This document shows, piece after piece, positions 12,732-25,138 of a stretch of DNA of 64,000 nt (its first letter is position 1; the number at the start of each line of letters is the position of its first letter). Both the position numbers and the translations under genes were made by a program. Origin of the DNA: Macrostomum lignano (Eukaryota); NCBI GenBank assembly GCA_002269645.1, contig NIVC01001829.1, positions 62,001 through 126,000 of the forward strand, in the 5' to 3' direction. Below the pieces are notes generated by a model, which saw only the letters and a list, made by a program, of their open reading frames with translations, made no database searches and had not been told where the DNA came from.

Positions 12732-14810
12732 ATGGCTTTTCAGTATGTCGAAGGAAGACGAGGCTCCAAGCTTCTTCTCTATAACAGACATTTATACAAA
12801 CGTAATCGGATAACTCCTAACAAACAATATTTCTACTGCAGGACGGCAGCTTGTGGAGCCAAGACAACTCTGGAACGTGGCATCATTAGCACAAATGGTG
12901 TCACACATTCTCACGATCCACCTTCTGCACAAAAGATAGAAGCAATGAAGCTGAAGCATGAGCTTACACAAGCTGTCATGCAAAATCCAGCAAAACGGCT
13001 TCGCATTGTTTTTGATGAAGTGACTTCCAATACTCCAGGCGGAAATTCTGTTGGGTTTCCTGAGGTTGAGTTAACTATGTGGCGTGCCAGGCGGGCAGTG
13101 CAGCCACGAATTCCTCGAACAATTGAAGATGCAATACAGCTGCTGGACTCTGACAACACTCTGAAGTTATGTGGTGTTGATCAGAAGGCTGTGTATCAGG
13201 GCTCTACTCAGCATGGGGAGCATAGCGCCATTTTCTTTGCTTACCCTGACCTCCTTAGTCAGCTGGATTATGCAGACACTGTGTTTGCTGATGGTACTTT
13301 TCGAGTAGTACCAAGACTTTTTTATCAACTGGTCACCCTAGGCGTGACGAAGGAAGGCTATTTCTTCCCTGCATTTTTTTCGCTTCTTAACGGAAAGTCA
13401 AAAGCAGTATATCGTCTTGTATGGGAGAAAGTGAGACTGTTGTGTCCAAACTTTCAGCCTGTGACGCTCATGACCGACTTTGAAGCAGCCCTGAGAGACT
13501 CGTTCCTAGAGTACTACCCCGAGGCCCAGGCTCATGGCTGCTGGTTTCACTTCTGCCACTCTATCCTGGAAAATTTTAAGAAGATGGGCCTCTGGGTAGA
13601 CCTCTGTCATAATCAGGATATAAGAAAATATGCACGATTGGTAATGACCATTCCGCTACTTCCAGCTGAAGATATTCCGGGTGTTCATGCTATGTTGCAA
13701 CTAGTGTCTCACGCGTCACAAACGTTTCACCTGCTACGATGCAGTTGCTGTGCCGCATTCACGGCTATGTGCGCAGCTATTGGATTGAGAAAGTTGGTGC
13801 TACCATCATCTCCGTATACAACTGTCTCGAACGCACCAACGCTAAGGAAGAATCTTATCACAACAGGTGGCGAATGTTCGCTGAGACAGCTCATCCCAAC
13901 ATGTGGGATTTTATTGGTAATAATTTTATATGTTATAAGTTGCATTCATGGTCAAGAAGAAAACTATTTTAAGTCTGATAAATGCTGACCTTAATTCATC
14001 TTAATCATTCTGAAAAGGGGCTATTTCATTTAAAATGTCAGCTCGTACTCAATATAAATATTACAAATTGAGTCCTGCTGGTGTCTTATGCATGATGAGT
14101 CTACGATTGAAAAATTTGCTATTTTAGTTGGAGATAGTGGAAAGTTTTTTAAACTGATGTTGACACCTTCATTTGTTTCCAATTTTAGTTGCACTGTACT
14201 CCTCGCCGACACGTAGCATCTGCTCCACTTACGTAGCTGATCTGCAAAGACTGAACAACGGCCGACAAATCAGACGGCTGCAGAAAGCCAGAATCATTTT
14301 AAAGGGCAAAAGAATCGCGCAGCAATACGACTTACTTCGAACTGGTCAGCTTCTCCCGATTCAATTTCTTCATGCTGCGGCCAGCAAAGCTGACGAATTC
14401 TTACCCAGTGACGATGATGCTGACCAGGATGCGGATGCGGCCGGCCAGAGCGCTGCCAGTGCTGGAATTGCCGACCATGACGCTGGTGCCGCCGGCCAGA
14501 GGGCTGCCAGTGCTGGAATTGCCGACCATGACGCTGGTGCCGCCGGCCAGAGCGCTGCCAGTGCTGGAATTGCCGACCAGGACGCTGGTGCCGACGGCCA
14601 GACCAGAGCGCTGCCAGTGCTGGACTAACTTTTAAATGCCCTGTTTGCATCAGTGTTCTTGAAAGTGCCAGTTAGCTTATGCTAGTGGTGCCTTGTGGCC
14701 ATACTTTGTGTGCTGCGTGTGTTGCTATCATAAGCGGCATGGACAATTCTTGTCCAGTCTGTCGTGAATCGATTGTAATGTTTGTTAAGCCATACATCAA
14801 CTCTGTGTAG
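12732..14810 (+). pseudogene. Mutator-like (MULE) transposase: FLYWCH + DDE domain + C-terminal RING finger, disrupted
   Basis: FLYWCH-like start (LLLYNRHLY..FYCRTAAC..HSH), FADGTF, LMTDFEAAL, GCWFHF, ERTNAKEESYHN, HPNMWDFI; frameshift near 13735; probable intron 13917-14188; RING CPVC..PCGH..CAAC..CPVC at 14637-14810. Confidence 0.88.
14419..14625 (+). repeat. 51-bp coding tandem repeat (about 4 copies) in the MULE linker
   Basis: Unit GCCGACCATGACGCTGGTGCCGCCGGCCAGAGCGCTGCCAGTGCTGGAATT (ADHDAGAAGQSAASAGI). Confidence 0.9.
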
Positions 14811-15691
14811 TGCGATGATGCGTCGCATGTAGTCTGATTAGTCAAATTGAAAGAACTGTCTATTGGCCTGATTGGAAGGATTGCTTTAAAGAAAGAAAAA
14901 ATAAGAATATCTGAGACTCATTCCCACGTAAAGCTGCGGCAGGATAAAATTAAAATAATTTTCATAGCTTTTGTGACACAACTTCCCAGGTCACACTAAG
15001 GGATTGTGAAAAATTGAATTATATTTTAATAATGATTATTATGTATATCAATTTTCGCGCTCTGGTGCAATAATCATAAATATTTTTTATTTACGAAAGT
15101 ACAATTTAAATGCATATGGGTGTGCTCATCTTGGATTTCATGTTAAGTTTTCGGGGTTCGCTAGAAAAGCGTTGTCTTTTCAAAGATATATATATATCTC
15201 TGAAGTTTCTTTGGTGAAGTGTTAATGGGTAATGTGAGTAAAGAGTAATGGAGGGGTTTATACTCACTCGTTTATTGTATGAATCGATTTGAAAAAGGAA
15301 ATACAAGATTGAATTTGAAAAGGAGTGGTTGAAAGATAGTTGGAATTTGAAAACTTATTGTAAAAAATCTTGTGCCATTATGTCAATCCTATGTTTTCAC
15401 TTCATGAATTTTTAATAAACGGACTTTGGATTGAGTTTGAAAATTTGAAACTCAGAATTAGATTAGCTACCACTATACTACGGTAGCCCTTGAAGATGAG
15501 AATAAGAATTTGCAATTTTATGTGACTTATGCAAGTCGTTATAGTTAATTAAGCCAGCAAAGAGAATTTATGTGCTATTTGATAGTACTTTGGGCAACAT
15601 ACATGTACGCTCTACGCTGTAGAGTGTAGCTACCACATGAGCTAATTACCTGTCACTAAAACGGGTTCTCGATTCAGTACTTATGAAAGTT

Positions 15692-16112
15692 GTACCTCCA
15701 TAGTGTTTTTAGGCGTTGTGAAATTTAGGTCTTGTGAAAGATTGTATCTCCATAGTGCTTTTAGACGTTTTGAAATTTAGGTCTTGTGAAAGATTGTATC
15801 TCCATAGTGTTTTTAGGCGTCGTGAAATTTAGGTCTTGTGAAAGATTGTATCTCCATAGTGTTTTTAGGCGTTGTGAAATTTAGGGTTTGTGAAATTTAG
15901 GGTTTGTGAAATTTAGAGATAGTGAAATTTAGGGCTTTTGAAATTCTGTGCATGCCTTTTAGGTGTTATGAAATTTAGGGCTTGTGAAATTTAGGTCTTG
16001 TAAAAATCTGCTGCATTGCTTATTTTCGACGTTGTGAAAATTATGGTTTATGAAATAGAGGTCTTATGAAAGGTTCTGGTTTCGACGTTGTGAAAATTAG
16101 GGTTTGTGAAAC
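15692..16112. repeat. Degenerate minisatellite (about 52-bp unit decaying into about 15-bp TGTGAAATTTAGGGT units)
   Basis: Repeated CTCCATAGTGTTTTTAGGCGTTGTGAAATTTAGGTCTTGTGAAAGATTGTAT. Confidence 0.85.
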
Positions 16113-16113
16113 G

Positions 16114-17065
16114 ACCCTAATGCGACAAATAGTTTTCAAAAGGAAATGCGGATAAATTACTGAGAGATCCAAAAAGCTGAACAAATTGAGGGAGATGAAG
16201 TAAGACGTGGGTGTTGTGGCTCATAACGCTGTCTCCATAGATTGCGTGGGCGTCCGCAACAAAAGTCTTCAGACAGGCTTCTGCATAGCGGAAAATTTCA
16301 TGATTAGCACATAAGTCGGATGACATAAGAACATAGATCGCGAAGTGGAGAAGAGTAAAGTTCTTATACAGTTTTTTTCTGGCAGATACCGGCGAAATAG
16401 AAAGGGGCCAAAATACAGCAGGAAGTTCTTCAGCTCTGAAGCCTTAAAGTGGGACAGCTCCTGATCAATACGCCGGGGCGCCTTTGAAAATTAGATGGAG
16501 TAAAAGGAGCACACTTCTCGATTTCATCCGATAATGCTGTTATTTCGGAGGGTCGGATTTGCAGTTGCGGTCATTATCGGTGGCGAACAGAAAATGGAAT
16601 AGCTTGCGCACTGTTCCAAGGCACACTAGGTGCATATAGTCCGGCGGTATGCACTTAGGAAATTCCAGTTCCTTCAAAAGCATTAGAGGGCCAAGTCCCG
16701 CTGGTTGATTTGACTCTCTGCAAAAATGGGAAGATTGGGTTGGGACAGACAGTTTAGAGAAGGACACAATAATTTAAAATCAGATGAAAAGCAACACATA
16801 GCATAGATAGAGCTATAAAGAGGGGGTTAAATGGAGTTATATTGGGCTACAATAGATAACGGGAGATGAAGCCATACTGGGCATACTGGGTAGTGAAGGG
16901 ATGGAAGAATTGAGAGGAGATTTAGGAAACTGAAGAGAGGAGAGAACTGTGTTTCTTACCCTCCGGTGCTATAATCTTCTGCTGTACGAGGTTCTCCGAC
17001 TGCTGTCGGATACACAACTCGCCTGTCGACAGTCTTTGCTACCGCCCTACAGTAGAAGCAGCCGT
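16114..17065 (-). pseudogene. EnSpm/CACTA transposase fragment with an intron
   Basis: GCFYC..RRVVYP exon spliced (GTAAG near 16959 to TTTTGCAG near 16719) in frame to PPDYMHLVCLG; downstream HVLLHLP..FGSL..SAFPFENYL. Confidence 0.8.
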
Positions 17066-18545
17066 TGTGAGAGAACAAGTGCAGCATCAAAATAATAATC
17101 AAAATACTTTAGTAGGTGTACAAGGAGTTATGCCGGTACAATTAAATAACAATAATAATCTAGGGATTAACTTAGAAGCTAGACCAGCGAGAGAGCGTCA
17201 TGCTCCAGATAGATTAACAGTCAGGCCAAATCAGTAAAGTTATGTGCAGAGGATAGCGGAGTTGTTTAACCCATTCAACCTCTTGCAGCTTAAGTCTCAA
17301 TAGTCATGGCCGAAGCCCCTCTTCGCGTGTACCCGCGAAAACGCATTTATGGCCAAGGAAGGAGACAAGAACAGGAAGAGAACGAGCCCCCTCGAATTAG
17401 GGCCGTACAGTTGGCGGAACAAGGACAGTACAAGAAGCCGAAATTGGACCGTCAAGAAGAAGAAAAAGAGAGGCTAGTTATTGATGTGGATCTGGAAAGA
17501 GAAACGGAGAGAAAGGAAGCCGAGTTTAGGGACGAGATGGCTAGGTTCATGGAGGAAGTACGTCAACACGAGGAAGGGGTTAGTCCCATCGACGAGCCGG
17601 AAGAGCCGATTGAGCACCCGCTGGCACCTCAGCCACAAGAAGGTCAGCCAGAGCCGACAGAACAACTGGACTGTAACATAGACTACGGAACGTTTATGAG
17701 GGCCGACACCGAGGCACCGCTTCCAGAGGACCACCTGGTCGAGCCGCCACTAAGCCCTGACCAACAAAAGGCTAAATTTCGCAGGTGCCGGCGCGCTCTG
17801 AAGCGGAAAATATTGCAAACAGGCAAGACCGGCCTCTTCGAGCAGAACCTCCCGGACGCCTGCATTTCATTTCTAAGCACGGCCACCGAGGAGGATTCGA
17901 TTAAGTGTTTCGAAATCGGGTGCAGGTATTGTCTGCAATATGCAGAGAGCAATGCACGCGGACCACCACCGAACTACTTGAGTATCTGGCCGAGCGGTTC
18001 GACCCGAGCCGCAAGATGATTCCTATCAACGGATTACTACCTTTCGACGCAGAACACGAGCAACTTACGTCCAGTACACACCGATTAATAACTCAATTAG
18101 GACAGCCTTTTTACATTTAGCATTTACCATTCTCTTTGATACAAGTAATACGCGCATTAAGAAACTACATTAGTAACCATGAACATTATTATGCTAACTC
18201 TATACTCATACAACCATATTTAGCCAACCATACCATATCCAGCAGCTAGTCAAACAATTTGCTTATAATTAAATATAATGTCAATGTACAAAAGGGTACT
18301 TTGCACATTTGTTTAGCGAGGGGGGAGGTGTAGTAGGGGATTATTTTAGGAACGGGAATTATTGTGGGTTCAAATATGCTTTTTGCCTACTATCAGTAGT
18401 TTCAACCCGGGGAAATAACTAGGGCCGGGGTAAATCGCTAGTTTTGGGGTTTCTCTACAACTACAGAGCAGTTGGGCTCTTGGGAAAGTCCTCGAAAGTC
18501 CTCGAAAATTCACGAAAGGAAGTGAGAAAGTTCTTCTTTTCTAGT
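17066..18545 (+). mobile_element. Gypsy element C 3' remnant: pol tail, extra ORF, PPT, first part of LTR
   Basis: Pol tail RPARERHAPDRLTV (stop about 17237); PPT GAGGGGGGAGG then TGTAG at 18329; LTR interrupted at 18545 by the Mag element. Confidence 0.8.
17306..18120 (+). CDS. Extra ORF (ORF3) of element C, about 270 aa with one probable frameshift near 17960
   Basis: ATG 17 nt after acceptor-like TTTAAC...CCTCTTGCAG (ends 17288); begins MAEAPLRV; continues in the 17905-18120 frame (ELLEYLAERF...). Confidence 0.65.
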
Positions 18546-18757
18546 TGTTTTGTTTGAGGAACGCCAAGTCAATGAATTATGGTAGTTTGAAATTAAGCTA
18601 TATTTTAGCGGCAGCGCGCTCCTAGGGTCTTGTGCTCCTAAATGAAAAGATTCGAAGCTTCGCAAACAAAGGAGAGTACCGTATCGCGTCGCATAAACCA
18701 TAGACTATTTTCGAAGTAAAAGTCTATACTTTGCAGTAGTCATAGCAATACGCAACA
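18546..18757 (-). repeat. 3' LTR of Mag element B
   Basis: Direct repeat of 29223-29434. Confidence 0.97.
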
Positions 18758-21700
18758 CCCCCACCGATGCTTATACAGTGCAGTTCAAAGTTACGCCTCA
18801 AGCAATTCAGTAATAAGTCAATCGTTCCGGAGGTCGCCTGACTCGCGTGCTCCTACGGAACTCGAGCACACCGTGTTCCTTGTGACTAGGCGACTGCATT
18901 GCATGGCGCATTGGACTTGTGGTAGCACTGTCTTGGCACGTAGTTGCATCAGTACCACGAGGGGTGATCCCAGACTGCTTCGAATCATCAATAGGTAGTT
19001 CCTCTGTACGAGCAGTAGCATCGGACTGGTGCACTAGTCGTCCTTCTGCGTCTCGGAAAGTATTTGTACCAACTGTAGACTTCAGCTCAGAGGGGACCCG
19101 TTGCTACTTGTGCTCCACACGCACGAAAACAGGAACTGGCTCTTGAACCGGCCTCGTCCTCTCTGAACAAATGGCTGATAGACGTGTTCGGGGCGACTGC
19201 TGAAACACCAGAAGTGCCGGAATTGATCCATTGCAGTGAGGAGTCGTATTCTGAAACAGGCAGAATCCTGCTAAATGCCTTTCCAGCTCAGAAAGATTGG
19301 CACCAGCGTTTAACTTTCTTAAATAAAACTTCAATTCTTCAATGACTCTCTCCACCTGACCGTTGGACTGATGATGTCCTGGGGGAGTAAGTGTGTGGTC
19401 GATGTAGTTCTCTCGCAGGAAAGTAACGAAATCTTCTGCCACAAAAGTTCCACCATTGTCCGAAACCAGATTTTTCGGCAATCCGGTATACTTGAACGTT
19501 TTTCTCAGCGCACTGATGACAATGGATGCTTTCATTGACGGCACGGACTGTACATCTACCCATTTTGAAAATGCGTCAACCAGGACAAGGAAGCGTTGAC
19601 CTTTGAAAGTAGCGATGTCAACGTGAACTCTCTCGAAGAAACTTTTTGTCTCCAGCCATGACGACAGATTTGCATTGCTTCTTTTCCTAGCATGTAGCTG
19701 GCATTGAACACAACGTTGAACGAATGCATTGATTTGAGCATCTATGTCGGGCCACCAGAAGTACTGTCTGGATAGACGTAGCATCCTCACGATGCCGGGG
19801 TGGTCCTCGTGAAGCATCTGAAGAATTTCGCTTCTCAGGCTAGAGGGTGGGACGATGCGCAGTCCTTTGAAAATCACTCCGTTTTGGAGTGTGTATTCCA
19901 ACTTTTTGCGTGAATATGGCAGCATAGCTGGTGGTGGATAAGCAGGCCAGCCGTCTTGAATGTACTTCTTGAGCATGTCCAACTTGTAATCTTTAGTTCG
20001 CACGATCCTCTGCAGTAGCTGTTCGGGGTTTCCGAAACCCTCCAGTGCATTGATTTCTAGGAGGTTGATCTTCTGATCCGCTGAGTCCGACTGCAATGGA
20101 AGTCTAGACAAAGTGTCTGCAGCGTACATCGTTTCACCCTTGACGTACATCACATTGTAATCGTAAGCTCTTAACTGTAATGCCCATCGCTGAATCCTTG
20201 CTGAAACTCGCTCGGAGACCTTGTTCGGATTAAATATGTACTGAAGCGGTCGGTGATCAGAAATGATGGTAAATTTTCGACCCGCGAGGTACTGATAAAA
20301 GTATCTGGTCCCTTCGACGATCGCTAACGCCTCCCGCTCAATGTTAGCGTAGTTGCTCTCCGCTGGAGTCAGGACTCGGCTGCCTAGCCAGACAACCTGT
20401 CGTTGCATTGGATCATGAGCTAGAACGTACCCGAGGCCATCTTTAGAGGCGTCACAAATCAAGTACAACGGTTTCGTAATGTCGTATGCGGTTATCACAC
20501 CGCCTGCAATAATGCTCTTCAGCTTGTCGAATGCCGCAGACTGCTCTCCATGCCAACTCCAGTGAACTCCTTTCTTCAGCAGCTGATATAACGGTCGTGC
20601 AATCATTGAAAAGTTCTTGCAGAAGACGCCATAGTGTCGGAAGGTGCACAGAGCGCTGCGCAGTTGGTCTTTGTCTTTTGGATATGGTAACCTCTTCCAC
20701 GCCTCCATTCGTGCTGGGTCGGGGTGCATGCCTCCATCGCGCAAAATGAAGCCAAGAAATCGAACTTCTCTACGACATTCTTGAGACTTTCTCTGGTTAA
20801 TCTTGAACCCGCAGTTTGCCAAACGATCCTTGACTTGACGAACCAGCTGCATGTGTTTTTCGGCTGAATCCTCAGGAGTCCCAATAATGATGTCATCCTG
20901 ATATGAGGCTGTAAATGGTACATTCCGAAGAACTTCGTCCATGATTTCCTGAAATATTAGAGGCGCCGCGGAAATCCCGAATTGTAGATACCTGAATGCA
21001 AAGAATCCCATGTGAGTAGAAATGCATGTGAGCTCTTGGCTCTCAGGGGATAGAGCCACCTGTAAGAAGGCCTGTTCTAAGTCTAGGACCGTATAGAATT
21101 TAGCGTTGGGAATCTTAGCCAGGATCTTCTCCATCTTCGGAAACCTGTACTTGTCCACGTCAATAAGACGATTGAGCGTCATAGAGTAGTCGCCACACAG
21201 TCGAATAGGTCTTACTGATCCCTCGGGCTTGACCACACTGTAAATGAAAAGTGGCCGAAAAAGTGGCCGACTGCAATTTATCTACAAGTGGCCAATTGCA
21301 TTTTTTTAATTAAAGCACACAAAGCTTTATTTAATTTTTACATGCTATATATACAGCTTTTCAGCTGCATTTTTGATACTAAAGGGTATACAAAAGCTCC
21401 GAATTGGTAAATTTTAAGGAGCTCATTTGTAGTGGCCGAAAGACATGAAATCTCGTTAAGAGGTTACAATTTCAAATATCCTCAGGATTGCCTAACAAAA
21501 AAAGAAAAATTTATTCTAAAAAAATTATAAAATGTAAAAATTTAATATAGTAATGATGCTAATAATTCACATAAATAATATCCTTTTTATACAGTGCTTA
21601 CAGCTTTTTTGTTATATGGTTTAGAGTTTAAAATTTTGCAAATTGCAATGACCAATCTGCTCATCGACGACTTTAAATTTCCTATTTTTATCTTAATTCA

Positions 21701-21942
21701 GTCTGGCATTGAGTTACATTTGAATATAAATTAGGCCTACATCAACTCTATATACGCCAAGTCCTATTTATTTAGATATTTATAGTCCTAGATATTTGAT
21801 ATTTGTACATAAAGCACATTGCTCATTTACATTGTGTTTTATTTTCATTGTATAAATAAAGCCTCATTACAACATTATGCCACCTGCATTCTACTAGATA
21901 AATCATAGTACTGTAAAGGTATATTTTGCTTTTGTTTTTTTT

Positions 21943-24539
21943 ATGATGTTTCCTAGCAAATGTGGTAAAAATTTTGACCAGCTTCCATCTTTTGTTCAGC
22001 ATGCTAAATACCTTTGTCCAAAACTAGAATCAGTTGGGGTTGGAGAAAATAAATATTATTGTCCAATCCAACATTGTTCAATTTCTGGTAAAACTAAAGC
22101 TGCAATCATTAAACATATTATTCGATTCCACAACAGTCTTACAGAAGGTCCTGAAGGGAGTGTATTTGAACTTAAACCCAAGGAATCTATAACTATAGGT
22201 TTAGAATCATTTCAGACTAATTCATTGGCTTTAATTTCTAGTACTAGTAGTGATACTATATCCTCAATAGATTCTAGGCAGTCTAATGTAAATGATTTTA
22301 ATATGTTTCAAAATGAAATCCCATCCTATTCAAATGATGAAATACCTATAGTAGATGTATCTCGGCCTAATTTAAGTTCTATTAAGAAGACAAAAAGTGC
22401 ATGGGAATTAAGAGAAGATTTAAAAGAAAGTATTGCACAAGATATTGTTCATTTTTTTCTCCGTAGTAGAGATTTTTAAAATTTGCCAAATAGTACTAGC
22501 CAAACATTAGCTTTTGAAGTCAAAGATATCATTGCAAAATTTAGTATAGCATTTAAAGATATAGTCTGTAGCTTTTTGAAGGAAAATAATATATTAGCTC
22601 AACAAATAGAATCTATTGAAAAAATTTTGTATTTAGATACATTTTTCGATACTTGTTTTGATATATTAGTTAGTGAAGCTCGACTTATGGGATATATCAA
22701 AGCCAAGTTTCCATTTGTAGAGCCTATTAAAATCCCAACACGGGATATAGAGAATGACATTATATATGTTCCAATTGGAGAGAGTATTGAAGCAGCATTG
22801 CAAAATAATGATTTAAAAAAATTGGTTTTAGAAAGTGAATTGTCAAGTAAGTCTCCTTTTTTATTAGTCAATATTTTAAAGAATACATTGCTCCTTTAAT
22901 TAAAGATTGTAAAAGAGTTATATATATATCATTATATACAGATGAATTTGAGGTTTGTAATCCTATAGGAAAAGCAAGGTGCAAACACAAAGTTTATGCT
23001 ATTTATTTTAGAATTTTAAATGTGCCATTCGAAATAGCTTCACAAGAAAAAAGTTTCTTTTTAGTTACATTAATAAGATATAAAAGCATTCAAGGAAGAG
23101 ATTCAATGATTAATCTTAATGACCTTTATAGCCCACTCACAGAAGAATTAAATGACTTATATGATTTTGGCATTACTTTGAATTTAACAAATGGTCAACA
23201 AAGTAAAATCCCAGTAATTGCTTGCTTTTGTGTAGGGGATAATCGATCTTTAAATAGTCTTGTTGGCTTAGGTTGTAACTTTTCTTCAGGTTATGTTTGT
23301 CGATTTTGTCTTGCAAAAATGACTGACAACAACTTTTGCCTATGTAAACAAAGTTTAATCAGAGAAGATTGTAATTGGAAAGTAGATGAGAAAGTAGGAA
23401 TCAAACAGATGTGCCCATTAAAAGATGTTGGATATATAACAATGCCATATTTCTTTCCTCCAGACTTTATGCATGACATTCTAGAAGGTATTTCCCATTT
23501 TGTCATATGTCTTGCTTTTAAATTTTTAATGAAAGAAAAGGTATTGGCATTTATTGACATAATTGAAATTTTAAAATGTATGTTTCCATTGTCTTTGCCA
23601 GCCATTCTACCTGCTCATATAGCAAACAATAAATTGCCCTTCTGTGCTACTGATATGATATTGATCATTCATAGAATTCCATTGTATTTTGGGCCTTATA
23701 TATTTGATAGTAGCAATTCATTAAGCAGCAGTATTATGAAGCTTATATTATTGCATTGTGAGCTATTGGCTATTTTACTGTCAACTACAAGTATAGAATA
23801 CAATAGCAACTTACTTGCTTTGTTAATTAGGGAGCATAATGAACTAATTATCAAAGTTTCAAATGGTATATTAGCAAAAAAATGCAAGTTGCATTATCTC
23901 CTCCACTATTCTGATCTTCTTCCTTTTTATAATGGTCTTAGGGTATCATGGTCAATGCGATTTGAGGCTATGCACCAATATTTCAAACGTATTGTTCCTG
24001 CTTTACGTTGTTTCAAGAATGTATGTTTCACTGCTGCATATCGATACCAGTTACAAAAAGCTATTAAATCATTAAATTCAATTGATGTGTCAATATGTAC
24101 TCCTTCTAGCATTAAACAAACATACTTAAAGGACATTATTGATTTGAGTACAATGAAATTAATAGCCAGCTTCTTGCATATAAATTCTATAAGTAGTCTA
24201 CCTTTATATTGCCTAGAGACACTAAGTCTAAAAGTTGCTTCATTAGAGTTTAAAGCCCCAACAGCAACTAAATCTATGATTGTTTTTCATAAGCTACATT
24301 CAGATGGAAATCCAATGTTGTCATACATTTCAAAAATAATTTGTATTAGTGGTAGATGGCTCCTTGTGGCTAGAAAATGCAATGCTGTGTATTTGCCATC
24401 ATATTTTGCATTTCATTGTAAACCATTATCAGAAATGTATATTATTGACCCTACTATGCATTTTCTGCATACTCCAGTATTTGTTGACATAATGGCAGGA
24501 AGACATTATATAGTTCTTTCTTCTTTTCTACCAATGTAA
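21943..24539 (+). pseudogene. EnSpm transposase (one stop at 22480, frameshift near 22900)
   Basis: C2H2-like N-term; YTDEFEVCNPIG, GDNRSLN..VCRFC, PDFMHDILEG, LHYLLHY..WSMRFEAMHQYFK. Confidence 0.9.
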
Positions 24540-25138
24540 TTATCAATGTAAACCTTTTGTATTTGAATAGTTGTCATAGAATATCATAGATATAGAATAT
24601 TCCATCATAGAATAGCAGTCACCAAAGTACTATTTTTTATACTTTGAAGCACCACGTTGAGAAATCCTCGTTTGCATCCCACACTGGTGGCTTTAGCAAC
24701 ACACGCAGATGGAGAGCCCCACTCTGATATCTACCCAATCTGAGGAGCAACCCCAGCAGCTCAAATATCCCTTGCATCGCAATCCAACACGAATGGGGCA
24801 TTGGCTTCACTTTCACCTCCTTCGTTTATCCTTTTTTGGAAAAATTTGCACCTTTGAAGCTGGTTGGACCTCCAGCCGGCCTCTGACTGAGATGACACCC
24901 CTACTTGGTCACTTATAGCATTTGTATCAAGTGGAGAATTAGGCAACTTATTATATAATACACTGCATAGCATTATATGGGTGATGCAATGCCGCTAGAC
25001 GCATTCAATTAGTGTAGCATACAACTCTTTAGGAATGTGAATTATTCATTTAACATGCAACAATTATTAAGACTAACGAGGCTTTTATAACCCCTTTAAA
25101 CACCCACAGCTAATGCTCCAGCAGCTGGAAAGTCTATA

